Assembly (NCBI GenBank): GCA_946965045.2
Contig: OX337237.1
Coordinates: 3,348,001-3,412,000, forward strand
Length of the DNA stretch: 64,000 nucleotides
Source of the DNA: Epithemia pelagica
Taxonomy: Eukaryota; Protista; Bacillariophyta
Direction of reading: 5' to 3'
Below are positions 31,370 through 43,295 of the stretch, piece after piece. The notes beneath the pieces were generated by a model. The model was given only the letters and a program-made list of their open reading frames with translations, had not been told where the DNA came from and did not search any database. The translations under genes and the position numbers were made by a program. Position 1 is the first letter of the stretch; every line of letters starts with the position of its first letter.

Positions 31370-32480
31370 CAGCAACTTGATTGTTCTGTTTCAGCTTTCT
31401 TACTGTCCAAGTACTCTTCTTACCACCTGAAACGTTCCACTGGGTCCCCAAAGCCACATGGTGGCCACCTATTCTTGTTGGCACCCAACAACAAATTGTT
31501 GTTCTACTTCTAGAGGGGATTGAAAACTTGGTTGCAGGCAATGAGCATCCTGCCATTCTTGCTGTACGAGTCGAGGGGATGACGGAGGAGCACATGCCCA
31601 ATCGGTATACTGCTAGTTCCCATGGGCGCTTGGCAGAGCTCGGACAATGGCGGAATAGAGAGACGACGGAATGACGAACAATGCCGCAATCAGTGCAGCC
31701 GCAGTAATAGGTGTGGCAGCGACAGCACCGAGGATGCAGAACCGTTGACAATCTGTCCTTCCTCATGTACAAAACTCCGTCCATAGGTTTTCTTTTACGG
31801 CGAAAGAGCCTCGAGATAGTCTGCCCAACGACCCCACGGTTCCCGTGGGCAATCAGTGTTTGTGATGAGACTCTCTCGATCGACCAAGTGGTCCCAGCAG
31901 TTGTTCGTCTTCCCAACAACATCCTAACGCTAAATGAGCAATAAGAACACGAGCGATCCACCGGGCCAAAACAAGTGTGGTGGAAGCAAATTCTCTTCTG
32001 ATTTAGCGCATTCCTCTTCAATGTGAGGAAAGATCAGCAATGATGGGTACGTGGAATCTCTTGTTTCGTGTAATGTGTACATCACCATCCCATGGGTCCC
32101 TCCGTAAGAAGAGAAGCTGTGGTTATCAAAAACAGAGACTCGGACTGGAAAGAGATCCTCTAGGTAGTCATGAGCGCATCGGAAGAACCTATGGATGCAA
32201 CACAAGGAAACAGAGAAATGGATAGGAGCCATACATATCAGTGGTTGTCTTTCTCGCCATGAGGATTATTTCGATATCCAAAAACTCTCATGGAACTCCA
32301 AACAAGAATGCGTGATGTTCTTCATTGCGTGGCTATTGTCACGATTTGATGTCTCGTGACGAAAGCTCCTACCCCTCTTTGGTCCATCCATTTCGTGCAG
32401 TCAGTCGTGCTTCCAGTCCGCACCCATCAGCATCAGCATCGCAACAAAAGAGCAAACCTACGTGCCTCTTACAAGGCAGT
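31370..32480. repeat. Segmental duplication similar to ~44760-45660 (upstream modules of K2 and K3); its 3' part also recurs at ~63770-63960
   Basis: Shared CCAAAGCCACATGGTGGCCACC and near-identical GCCATGAGGATTATTTCGATATCCAAAAACTCTCATGGAACTCC...CACCCATCAGCATCA. Confidence 0.9.
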
Positions 32481-32522
32481 GTCTCGATCCCCATAAATTC
32501 GCTGCAGTCATTGTGTGGAGCC

Positions 32523-33699
32523 ATGACCACAATACTGAAAGAACGAGCATTGCAGTCGGGCCTTGTCTTATCGGACGAGACACCTGAATGGAATGAAAAC
32601 AAGTGGCCGCCGCTGGAGGGTGGATGGCGCTGGCATCATGCTACGGTCGTACTCGATCATCCCGATGAAGACAACAACATCATCAGGGGACAAACCGTCG
32701 TTGTGTTGGGTGGCTATCATCAACGCCAAGGTGGCACCAATTCCGTCCTTGTATTGAATCTAGCAGTCACAAACATGCGATGGCGAGAAGGACCATCCAT
32801 GGACAAGAGTCGTCGTGAACATGCCGCTGTTGTGTGCAATGGCGCTGTCTACGTGATAGGAGGACACAATCAAGGTCCGTTAGATTGTATCGAAAGAATT
32901 GACGTAAAGGATTTGCTGCGATCATCTTCGACATCCAGCACCACACAGGACAGCCCTTGGATGACATTGACATGTCGATTATCAACGCGACGGTTTGGAT
33001 GTTGTGCTGTTGCGGTTCACAACCGATACATCGTTGTAATAGGTGGCTATTACAACCTTCGTTTTTTGTCGTCAGTGGATTTTCTTGATACCAGGAATCA
33101 CATTGTCACTTCTGGACCATCCATGACTGTTAAACGACAATATTGTGCCAGTGCGGTTATTGGTCACCGCATCTTTGTCGTTGGAGGTTGGAACGAGCGT
33201 GGCAATCTTGACTCGGTGGAGTATTTAGACCTTACAAGGCCATGTGGTACTGAAAAGACAAAGGAGGACTCGGCTAATACATTCATCTCCTTCTCACCCA
33301 CCTGGACCACTCATTCCGAGTTGCTTTCCATTTCACGCAATGGTTGCCGTGGGATCTTGTCTGGTGGTGGCGGGAGGACGAGGCAATTCAAGTGTGGACG
33401 TCTTGGATACGCACCGCAACCGTGTGTGGAATCTTCGACCGTTTAGTACTTTTCGCAGGGGCTGCGGTATGGTGACTGTTGCAAATCAAGTTGCGGTGAT
33501 TGGTGGTAACGGCAATCCTACCTGTGCGACATTACCACTAATGGACAAGAATACATGGTGTTTTCTTGAACTCTCGGAACGAATGGTATCATTGTTTAGA
33601 CAGATCGGGAAACGGGATGTCAATGTATCTTCCCGCACCAACTCGACGTCCACTCTTAAAGATTTAGGACCAATACATATGATGGAGGATAGGACTTGA
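32523..33699 (+). pseudogene. Kelch copy K2, frameshifted by a ~14-nt net deletion near 33330
   Basis: ORF 32325..33446 reads kelch until HSELLSI. Blades 5-6 (AMVAVGSCLVVAGG...QVAVIGG) continue in another frame (33244..33699). Confidence 0.85.
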
Positions 33700-34157
33700 A
33701 ATGTGCAACAAGTTGCACGGCCATGAGCCCGGCAACTATAATTATACTCTCGTACAAAACAGGAGATCGTGTCCATCCTAAGTAACGTTGTCAATTACTT
33801 AACTCTTTTGGGACGGCAAATTTTTTACTCCGGTCATTGACCATTTGGTTAAAATTTTTACTTAACAAAATCACCGATCACTTATAGGATTCTCCACGTA
33901 AGCGATGACTCCCAACTCGTGATTCAAAAACCATTGACCATAAGGACAATTCCGAAAATCGAGACTTTGTCGTTAATGTAACTCAACAACCAAACCATTT
34001 GGTCATTACTCCTTCATACATACTCTTCCATTTGTTACAAGCTTTCAGTAGCCGGTCCAAATGCCGAATTCCGACCGGTAGTTCTTGCGTACGAGCAGTT
34101 TTGGGAGTATTTCGTACCCTCATTTTTGTTGCACCTCCTTCGTCTACGACCTTCACC

Positions 34158-36665
34158 ATGGCAGATCGGTCAACACAAGACACCGACAAGCCTCCTACGG
34201 CTGCGAGGGAACTTGACTTTCGACAGCCTGACTCCGATGATGACGAAGATAACGAAGAAACCTCTGTCCCTTTGATTTCTGCTCATACTCCCACAGAAGA
34301 ACAAATCAGTGCTTGGAGATCGGAAAACAAGTACATTGATGAACAGATGGCTGCGTCGGACCTGGTTCTATTCAACCCGGTGGCTTGTGCTCAGGCTTAC
34401 AAAGACGACGGCCCACTTGGACTATTCTTCCAGTTCATCCCGCGAGGATTCATTGATCGCTTCATGCTCAAGGCCACACAAGAAGAATTGGCCTCCAAGG
34501 ATGGCAACTCTGGCAAGAAGATTGTCCTTACACCCAAGCTTTTTCGGTGTGTCATTGGATTAGATATCGCATTATCTCTTTGCAACAGTACCTCCATCAA
34601 GGAACTGTGGAGCTCTAAAATGTTTCTCGGCTCTTTGTCATTCTCGAATTCTATGGCCAGAGACACCTTCACTACCGTCCGTGGTTCGTTGAAGGTGTAT
34701 TCGACATCGACATGTCGCAACATGGAAGACCCGCTGTGGCAAGTCCGACCGCTTCTTGGACACGTTCTCCGAAATTTCGCTTCTGTTGGGTATGTTGTTG
34801 GGCCCGTTGCGCTTGACGAGGCGAGTTGTCCGACCAAAGCAAGGACCAAAGCGTCGTCCTACCTTCCGTCTAAACCGGATAAATTTGCCATCCGTTTTTA
34901 CGCTCTTGTTGGTTGGAAGAGCGTTTATACGTTCGCCTTGTGGGATAATGGCACCGGTAATGGACTCAACCAAACGCCTGCCGAACGCTTTATGAAGGTC
35001 TTCGGTGAACTTTGGTCCTCCTTCAATCAGTTTTCACAAGCGTGCAAAAGTCGGATGCGCAACGCTTGTCCAGTAGCATTTGACAGCGCATCAATGCTTT
35101 GGGTGCTGATGATTGGATTGCTATACAGGTCGATAGCAGGAGCTGCTTCTCATCGCCGCAGCAACGATTCCCAAGTCCATACTGTCGTGTATATGGACAA
35201 TTACTATACACGACACGCATTAGCCCGGGCTTGTTCGGATTTCACAGACAATTCCATGAAAGTGACCGGTACCGTCAAGATGAACCTTGTTGACAAGGTG
35301 AACAAACCATCTGTGATCCAGGCAACGAAAGATTTAGAAAAACTTCCTCGTGGTTCCTGGATTTTGGTCCAGGTCTACACGGCCGTGATTCATCCGGACA
35401 GTAAAATACAAAAAGAGAAAGAAAAAAAGGACGGTTATTCTAAGTCGTTACCAAGAGCGAAAGTCGGCTTCGACGAGTCCGATATACTCGAGGTCGCCAA
35501 TGAATACTGTATTGTTGCGAAACGATGCGGTTTCATTGTCTTTCATGATAAAAAGCCCGTCGTTTTCTATACAAATGATCTGGCGGATACTCCCCAAACT
35601 TTGTTCGGTGACAAGAGTGACGAGCATGCCGTAAGATGTGTACATGGTCTTGCCACGTTGTTTCGGTGGACGGGGGATTCGTATCACGCCAAGCAATCAT
35701 TCAAGGTCCCAGCCCCTGTGGTGGCATACAATTTGTTCATGAACGGGGTTGATCGGGCGGACCAGATGCGATCGACGAATGCTTGTCGACGCAAGGAGAA
35801 ACATCTCCATATGACGATCTGGCATTTTGTCGTGGATCTCTGCATTCTGATTGCGTTCCAAGTGTACCTGAAACTTCGCAATTCACAATTGATCGACGCT
35901 AAAAAGCAAGGCACAGAAGAAGAAGAAATTCGAATGGCCAAAGAGATGCCTTTGAGGGAGTTCAAGAGGAAGGTCTGTGTGGCATTGTGCATGCCGTATG
36001 CAGAAACCTACAATGCCACGAAGAAAACAAATAGCAAAGCCGGTCCACAGGTTGCGTCGGCTGAGAACGTTCAAGCCAAGTTGCCACCTCGTCCCCCAGC
36101 ACGATACAAGACACCGCCGGTCCGAGGAAGAAAACTAAGAAGTTCTACGTCTTCGACAAGGAAGAGTGCCCGTTTTGAAGTTGACCTGGAAGCGGATACT
36201 CCTGGTGGTGCAAGCGAGGTAACCAAAGCCTCCCAAGCTTCGACGGAAACAGAAAAGACTGTCCAGCCACTCCGTTTTGAGACCAATTTGTCTCATCACA
36301 TTCTTCAACCCAACCCAGTCAATCATGGACGCCGACACAGAAGCACATGCTACTTGTGTAGCATCATTGGCACTGGCGGCACACATCCAGTCACGAGCTA
36401 TGGATGTGTGCAATGTCAACGGTGCTTCCATCCCGAGTGTTTTTCACTCTACCACAACAGTTGGAAGGTGGCCTTTTGCAATGATCGTTGTAAAGAGATT
36501 CGCGATCTGTTAGAGGGTTTCTGGACCGCGAATCCCCATGTCCTCGAATACAACATGGAAGGCGAAGATACACCAACAAAGGAAGATGTGGAAGAGTACG
36601 AGATTCAACAAGGCAAGAAGGGAATTTGTGCGAAAGAAGAAGACATTCGAAAATTTGGAGAATAA
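34158..36665 (+). CDS. piggyBac transposase (DDD triad plus C-terminal Cys-rich domain), 835 aa
   Basis: VALDEAS, KPDKFAIRFY, VYMDNYYT, YNLFMNGVDRADQM, and CYLC...YGCVQCQRCFHPECF; no stops or frameshifts. Confidence 0.93.
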   Translation: MADRSTQDTDKPPTAARELDFRQPDSDDDEDNEETSVPLISAHTPTEEQISAWRSENKYIDEQMAASDLVLFNPVACAQAYKDDGPLGLFFQFIPRGFIDRFMLKATQEELASKDGNSGKKIVLTPKLFRCVIGLDIALSLCNSTSIKELWSSKMFLGSLSFSNSMARDTFTTVRGSLKVYSTSTCRNMEDPLWQVRPLLGHVLRNFASVGYVVGPVALDEASCPTKARTKASSYLPSKPDKFAIRFYALVGWKSVYTFALWDNGTGNGLNQTPAERFMKVFGELWSSFNQFSQACKSRMRNACPVAFDSASMLWVLMIGLLYRSIAGAASHRRSNDSQVHTVVYMDNYYTRHALARACSDFTDNSMKVTGTVKMNLVDKVNKPSVIQATKDLEKLPRGSWILVQVYTAVIHPDSKIQKEKEKKDGYSKSLPRAKVGFDESDILEVANEYCIVAKRCGFIVFHDKKPVVFYTNDLADTPQTLFGDKSDEHAVRCVHGLATLFRWTGDSYHAKQSFKVPAPVVAYNLFMNGVDRADQMRSTNACRRKEKHLHMTIWHFVVDLCILIAFQVYLKLRNSQLIDAKKQGTEEEEIRMAKEMPLREFKRKVCVALCMPYAETYNATKKTNSKAGPQVASAENVQAKLPPRPPARYKTPPVRGRKLRSSTSSTRKSARFEVDLEADTPGGASEVTKASQASTETEKTVQPLRFETNLSHHILQPNPVNHGRRHRSTCYLCSIIGTGGTHPVTSYGCVQCQRCFHPECFSLYHNSWKVAFCNDRCKEIRDLLEGFWTANPHVLEYNMEGEDTPTKEDVEEYEIQQGKKGICAKEEDIRKFGE

Positions 36666-36732
36666 GAGAGAGAGATTTGATTCATAGAAAACTAGGTACA
36701 CGATAAGATATTCAATAATTTAGTAATGAGGT

Positions 36733-37476
36733 TTATTCTACGCTGTCATCTGTAGAGGAGGCCGAATTGTCATCACTATCTTCGTGGTTGGTATCACCTT
36801 CTTTGAGGGATGAATCGGCGTCGAATGGAGCACCGGAATTACGGAATCCAACGTAGTCGCCATTTGGATCGGGGTACATTTTGTGAATCATTAGCTCAAT
36901 ACACTGTGGAATCCGAACTCGGTTCCAACGACCCAATGATCCATACTTGGACGCGATATAGAACTTGTAGAGGTGATGCCGTGTGGCGCGATTGTGTCCG
37001 TTGTTTCGTTTATGGGCTTCAAGACCTGCGGTTTGAAGGGCAATTTCATAAGTCACGCCATCACAGGGGGAAAGTCCACATTGGTCGCAAAGAAGGTCGT
37101 TGTTGTTTTGTATAAAAGAAGAGACAACTGCTGCTGGTTTGGAGTCTTCGGCTTTGTCCTCCTTGTCTTCTTTGTCTCCTTCAGTTTCGGTGTCAACTCC
37201 TTTGGTCCGTTCCTTGTCTTCATCTTTCTTGATCATTGCCTTCACGTCGGAATCGATGATCTGCTGGTTGATTGCTTGAAGATCGATTTTCTTGTTCTCT
37301 TGTTGTGCTTGTTGTAACAATTCACCACCCAACGGACTTAGGAAGAGAGGGGACGACGATGCTTTGCAAACATGCTTGTAGGTAGCGGGATCCTCTTCGT
37401 CTATGTAAATCGTCTGTGATTCAGATGTTGGAGTACTTGGCTTGTACCGTTTCGAATGTTTGGAAGGAGAGTCCAT
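36733..37476 (-). CDS. Accessory protein inside the piggyBac, with a P2X7-ballast / KolX-like C-terminal domain (247 aa)
   Basis: CDQCGLSPC...RHHLYKFY....GSLGRWNRVRIPQCIELMIHKMYPDPNGDYVGF matches the R..Y..Y....G......LP.C....I...(F/Y)P...G.Y.GF pattern. Confidence 0.75.
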   Translation of the reverse strand: MDSPSKHSKRYKPSTPTSESQTIYIDEEDPATYKHVCKASSSPLFLSPLGGELLQQAQQENKKIDLQAINQQIIDSDVKAMIKKDEDKERTKGVDTETEGDKEDKEDKAEDSKPAAVVSSFIQNNNDLLCDQCGLSPCDGVTYEIALQTAGLEAHKRNNGHNRATRHHLYKFYIASKYGSLGRWNRVRIPQCIELMIHKMYPDPNGDYVGFRNSGAPFDADSSLKEGDTNHEDSDDNSASSTDDSVE

Positions 37477-38767
37477 GGTGCAAAGGTCGTAAGGACGACA
37501 CTAATGAAGCACAGTTATGGATTCGAGTCCTGTAACAATATTCCCTATAGATTATTCTTACGTGGTTTGGAATCCCCAAGAGATTTTTTGTCCATTTTGT
37601 TAAGTGGCGAAATGGGTCACTAAAAATGTGAAATGACCGACCATATGGTCAAAAGTAGAGGTCGCCGTCCCAAAAGAGTTAAGTTAATGGAAAACTTTAA
37701 ACCACTATACCTATACAGGAATGGCTTGCTCTGTCGAAAAAAGACATTCTAGTAGACGGGTATCACAGAGCAACTCCTAGCATATTTTGAAGGCACCAGC
37801 CTGCGTAGAAGATGACCGCACATGAATTTCCCTCTGAATCCATGGTGTTTGTGGCAGTCGGATCCATCCGCGATAGAATTGATTCTTGTGAGTGAATCGG
37901 CTGTCGACCGAGGTCGACAAAGGTTAAGGACACAAAGTCACCACGACAACTCATGAGACTATTGGACCATACAGAACAGCCAGCTCGAGACACGAATATC
38001 TGCAAGTTTGTGCGACAAGTTGGTTCTGGGTTGTTTGATATTGTCTCCCAATCGCAAACCACTTTTGATCGTGATAACATGATTTCCTGCTTTGGTTGTT
38101 CGTGGACAAAGCCGCACCATTTGTGAACCACACGAGGTTGGGGCCACGTTGTAAGGCGAAAGAGGAACATGGTCCATTGTCGAATGTAAATGGTGGTGGG
38201 CGTCGTTGTTCCTTCGCTACAGTGTCCTTAGAATTGCCACAGTGGTGTGGGTGTTGTGGGTGGATGGTTGAGACTTTGTCGTCGTGTCTCAATGGTCCTG
38301 TTACTATTGTCTTGTGACAGGGCCATCGTTGTCGCTGTGGTTGCTTGATGCAGCCAGGGAAGAGCTAGGGAGGTGTCTGGTTGGTGCAGTTGGTGTGTGG
38401 TGAATGGTGGAAGCAACACCCCCACTCGTTGTTCTACCACAGCTGAGTGACCGTTGACCAAACTCGAGGCTTGTTCCAATCCTGTACATTCCTGAGTCAT
38501 GCTGCCAACCACGTGAATCATGGTTGTGACGGACAGTTGCATCAAAAAAGGGTCGCTCTCGTCCTTGTGTTCTTCTCTTGCGGTTCTTGTGGGTTGTTTC
38601 CAAGGTCTAGTGGGGGATGGTGAAGAGTTTTCTTATTCTGACTGCGGCTCACATGTACAGGTCGATGATCAGGTGAGGAGGAGGACGATAACGAACTTGA
38701 CAATGCACCGCTGTATTACGAGATCAAAAGCATGGGGAAGATTGCCATTGTCGTAAAAGGCCAACCA

Positions 38768-41170
38768 TCACCCCAGAAAGAGTCTTTCTCCAGGGGAGAC
38801 AGGATAGAAAGTAAGGCAGAAATGGCTGCCAGAAGGCGCGAAAAGGTCAATCTCCGGAGCAAAAGACGGCGACAGCGACAGCGACACATTGTGGTGGAGG
38901 TATCTTTTTCCTGTCGTTTCGATGGATCTTCCCCCCCCCCAAAACTGGTGTGGAGTCCCCCTCCCCAAAGTCTGTAAAGTCCATTCCAAATCTTGGTCTG
39001 ATTCCTTTGCGTAGTAAGAATCAAAAACAAACTTCATTCTCAACAGACCGTGGAACATGATCACACAACCATTGACACGGGTAGAATTTGGAATGGGTAA
39101 TTCGATTGCGACCATGTTGTGCTTTGCTGCATATTGGCGAATTTCCTCGAACTTTTTGGTACGCTTGTTCATTACCAATGCCACAAGTTTGAGAGCGGCC
39201 TTGTAGACTTTGACAAAGTCAGGGAACTCGTCCTGAATTGAGCCACCACGGCGCCGCACAGCAATACCAGTTCCGTGTTTCAGGATCAACTCAGCACGGT
39301 GCATGTCACATTTCCCGCCGGTCTGATTACCGACGATATATTTTCCTGCTAAAACAGCAGCATTCGTATTATCGTTCACTGACGAAGACAAATCCCGTTG
39401 TGTGAAACCAACCGATCCTAGTATATCCAGGGTGTGCTTTGCGACAGCGGCCGCAGAATGCCCAGCTACTTCACTCAATCCCAGAGGGATCCTGTACATT
39501 GCACAGTTCCTTGGGTCGACCAGGAAAATGCATATTCCCAGGATATCTTTCCTGTGCCCTTGCCATATATCATGGCAAATTGTTCCAAAGGGAATTGCCT
39601 TTCCGCAGAGTGCCTTGTACGCATTCCGAATGTTTCTACCCAACATGGCAATGGTCCGCATGAACGAATTATAGGAAGTAAGTCGCATTTTCGTAATGGC
39701 CTTATTGCTCATTACTGCGTCATTCTTGGATAATTTTGGGCCCTGCAGAATGGCAAATTGTAGCAGCTGCCGAAAGCTTTCCTTCTCTACGGTCGATGTA
39801 GGAAGGCCGTTGTCATTGACAAACCTGTAGATTGCTTCCTTAAATTTGGATCGGGCCTCTTCTTTGGATAGCATGGTCGCCCCTTTGTATGATGTCATGA
39901 GCGACTGGCTGCTTTCCACATTCGTCGGGTGTTGAATGCCTTCTTCCTCTTCCTTTTCGACGAGCTTCGGATGAAAGTCTCGTCGGTGTTGTCCAACGTT
40001 GGATGACACACCTTTTGGCTGGGTGCCACAGAGAAGAGTGGACTGTAAGAAGGAGGCGTTTGGGTCCTTGAAGCAAATGGGACATACAACCAGACGTTTA
40101 CAGATTGATCCCCATGTCGATTTCGGCGCTTCCTGATCTTCACGGGAGGCTTGTCTTATCATGTCAAAGCATCTGATCAGGCCCTCGTATGGAACAAGTT
40201 CTTGTGATGGGATTTTCTGTCGTTGTTTAACAAGGTGGGTGAAATCAAGATGATCAACTTTCCCCCAATAGGAATTGAGATTCTTGAAATGTTTCTTTGG
40301 TGGGTCTCGGAATTTGACTTAGGATTTTTCTTTCTTGAACAATTCTTGTACTTCCTCTGCAACCGGATCAGCTAAGTCACTGTCATCAACACCATCAACG
40401 GTAGAGGAAGATCCTTCATTTTGAACTGTAGCAACATTTTGATTGTTGTTTGAGTCGGCTTGGGTTACTTGGGTCAAATTGTTTGCGTTGTTTTGGGAAG
40501 AAGGAGGTGACTGGGACGAGTTGTTTGTGTTGCTGTTTGACATGGTGGAATCAGACAAAGTCGATAGAGAAACTGGGCTTTGAAGATTGTTTTGATGGAT
40601 CGAATAACCAGGATACAAGCATGAAGACATGTGCGTCCTAGCATGAGGGGAAAGATGAAAGGATCAGGGATGTTTCTTGCTGTGGGTCAATGACCAAGGA
40701 GAAAGAGTATGAAGGGGTGCTGGTTGGTTGCTGATATACGAGGAGACGATGTATCTTGTCACTATGAGATTTTGTATGGTTGGGATCGGCAATACAAGAC
40801 ATACGAGGAAATATAGAATTCTATGCTAGGGAAATGTGAATTGAATTGAAATAGAGAATTCGTATTGCAGGGAATGGCGAAATGGAATGGAATTGGGAAT
40901 TTGGAAATACGTGGGGAGGAAATGAATGGAAATTCAGAATTGTCGAAGACAGTACTTGAAATGAAATTGGGAATTGGGAATTGTGAGGGGAGGGGTGGGG
41001 AAAATGGAGGGAAAATAGGAAATTTCCTTGTCGTAACTGTCAAAATGAACTAAAATTGTGTATTTGGGATTTCATGGACGGTGAAATAGGCGGAAATAAC
41101 GGAATTTCGCTTAAATTTCTTCCCAATTTTGGGAATTAGAAAAAATCTCAATTCGGAATTCAAAACCCTG
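38768..41170 (-). mobile_element. Truncated hAT transposon (one terminus at 41170; transposase pseudogene ~40553-38985)
   Basis: Terminus CAGGGTTTTGAATTCCG on the minus strand and GGAATTG/GAAATG subterminal repeats at 40810-41160. BED-like CPIC..QHRRDFH, ICHDIWQ, VNDNTNAA, KCDMH, NSTRVNG. In-frame TAA at 40319-40321. C-terminal half and second TIR not found. Confidence 0.8.
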
Positions 41171-41437
41171 CTGTGTAGCTTCCCAAAACCGCGCGGTGCC
41201 GAAAAGTAGTTCGCATTCATTTCACCTTGCACGGTGTACCGGCTGGGAGCTGGGGTAATCCTGAGCAGCTCGCTGTCATGCCAGGCAAAGTCTGACTACA
41301 AAGCGGAACACGACCAGAACGCTTAATCGATGTACTATAGCATAAACTATGAACATGGACAAATAGAGAACTAATAGAAAGATTTAGGCCCACCACCACC
41401 CGGTTTTTGCAACCGCCCCAAATCATACTACATTAAT

Positions 41438-42539
41438 TTACAGACGCACCATCTTGTGCTTCATGCCGCCTTCAAATTGTGCGTCCGGCTCATGTAGGGA
41501 AATCAACAACGCTCTGAATCCGTTTGTTGTGTCGTACATAAATTCGTAGTCGAACCTGCTTTGGACCATGAAAGGAAGAGAAAGAGAAAACTTTGACCTG
41601 ACAAAGTCTGTTTCTCTTTTTCGCATCTGATTCAGTCTGTTTCTCTTTTTCGCATCTGATTCATGGCGTCTTCCAAAGCAAGTTTCATTCGTAGGTTTTT
41701 CTCCTCGACATGCCACTCTCTGTGCATGTGTTGGGTTAGATAATGGATATGAGTTGCGTTGTCAGGCCAAATTACCTTCACATGTACCTGTAGCTGGCTC
41801 GGATCCACTTCAATCAAGCAATTTGTTGTGTCTTCATGTGCAATACCTGTAGGCAACACCACCAAAATCACCAAATGACGCTGTTTCTTGTCGTCGACCC
41901 ACTGTGTCAAGACATGAGGAGGCTCCCAATTCCTCATCATGTCATTACCACTGTCTTCTTCATTCGTCTTTTTCCTCTTTTGTTGTAGTTGTACCTGTAG
42001 TGTCTCCTGTAATGGCATGGATCCTGCCGCCCTTTTCTTCACCATAGCATCGTCACTGACAACAGACTCAGGAGCGACCTTGGCAGCAACACCTGGTCAT
42101 AAAAGACAATAAACCACAACAGGTAAGGACAGTGACTCAACAATCAAACAAACAGTGTACACTGGCACTTACCTTGTCCTTTGGACGACCCAAACAAAGA
42201 AGGAGCTGGTTTGAGATCTCCATCATTGGGGTTCCTTACCTTTCCATCCATAGATGGGGCCGTCTCACCACGACCCAACAACTCATGACCAGTCTCTCTC
42301 TCATGTTGATCCTTCAAGTGGACTTGGTATTTTCTTTTGGCTTTGTTGAGTGCCGACCTGAATGATTCCAATTTGTACTTTTGGAAAACAGCGTGTTCCA
42401 ACCACACAGATTTGGGTGTGGCGCTCTCCAGAATCAAGCCTTCTGACACGATTTTGTCAAGGAATTCGGCATCTGTTGACTTTGAATTCCACGAAAGTAG
42501 GGCACCCTCGCCCAAAGTGTTGCGGCCAGACCTGGTCAT
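41438..42539 (-). pseudogene. Accessory gene of the PHIS-type element (spliced; frameshifted by a 29-bp tandem duplication at 41606-41663)
   Basis: Exon 1 contains FQKYKLESFRSALNKAKRKY then an AAG|GTAAGG donor. Downstream W.D...LVILVVLPTG...VKVIWP...LALEDAM..MR...KFSLSLPFMVQ. Exact exon borders unresolved. Confidence 0.55.
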
Positions 42540-42619
42540 CGGAGTGTAGGTACTATTAGTACGTAAAACAGAAGCGCGAGGGAGTGCAAAACCAGACTGG
42601 TCTGTTCGCACGAAAACTA

Positions 42620-43100
42620 ATTATGACCCTAAAAACAGTTCACCAAAATCCGGACTGGGTCGGTTTTCATCATGGACTCCATTTTTCAATCGAGGAGGCC
42701 ATGCCCAATTTGGCTCCAATTCTGAAAGTAGTGCGACCCACGTATTGCCCTTACCTTGGGTCAACCGTGTGTCGTTCGTCCAAGTGAATTGGGCACTTAT
42801 AAGGTGTCCTGGGTCGGTTTTAAAAAAACGAGCTGGGTCGGTTTTTTCGAGCCAGGTCGTTTTTTCAAAACCGACCCAGGACACTTTCTAGTGGTTCAAA
42901 TGATATAATCAAGCGACCCACAGTTAACCCAAGATAAGGGCAATATGTGGGTCGCTTAAGATGTAGAAAGTAATAGGATGTTGGCGAGGTAGGGCCATTC
43001 AGAAATTCCAGTTTTTGAATGAAAACGATTTTTGAATCGATTTCTGCACCGTTCCAGGCCGGTTCCAATGACCGGACACGAATTCGAATTGGTCACTATA
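42620..43100. repeat. Long imperfect palindrome (foldback/MITE-like) between the divergent genes of the PHIS element
   Basis: Perfect 18-bp inverted arms at 42804-42821 / 42867-42884 and ~44-bp imperfect arms at 42733-42776 / 42911-42955; weaker pairing further out. Confidence 0.75.
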
Positions 43101-43295
43101 TGTAGAACAGTACAAAGTTTAGTGTCGCTGCTCAACTGACCAGCCAATCAAATGAACGTGATGAAATTCCAAAAAACCTGTTCCAATGAACTGACAGTAC
43201 TACACACAGACAGACCGAGATCAGAGTAAAGGTGTGGTCAGCATCGCGACACACACTGAGCAAACATAAATTTTCCAAAGCGGTTTTCTCCCACC

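Larger units (their letters stand above)
33803..37678 (+). mobile_element. piggyBac DNA transposon, apparently intact, with two convergent ORFs
   Basis: Perfect 15-bp TIRs CTCTTTTGGGACGGC / GCCGTCCCAAAAGAG flanked by TTAA at 33799-33802 and 37679-37682. The flanks rejoin to match the uninterrupted K6 downstream region (~58600-58830). Confidence 0.95.

Noticed and set aside
33803-37678. Classifying the element as Kolobok because of the KolX-like ORF and TTAA TSD
   Set aside because: The transposase has piggyBac motifs (LDE, DNYY, GVDRADQ, C-terminal Cys-rich domain), not Kolobok ones.
38300-39000. Second hAT terminal inverted repeat and 8-bp TSD
   Set aside because: No CAGGGTTTTGAATTCC-like sequence or CTGTGTAG duplicate was found by eye, so the element is reported as truncated.
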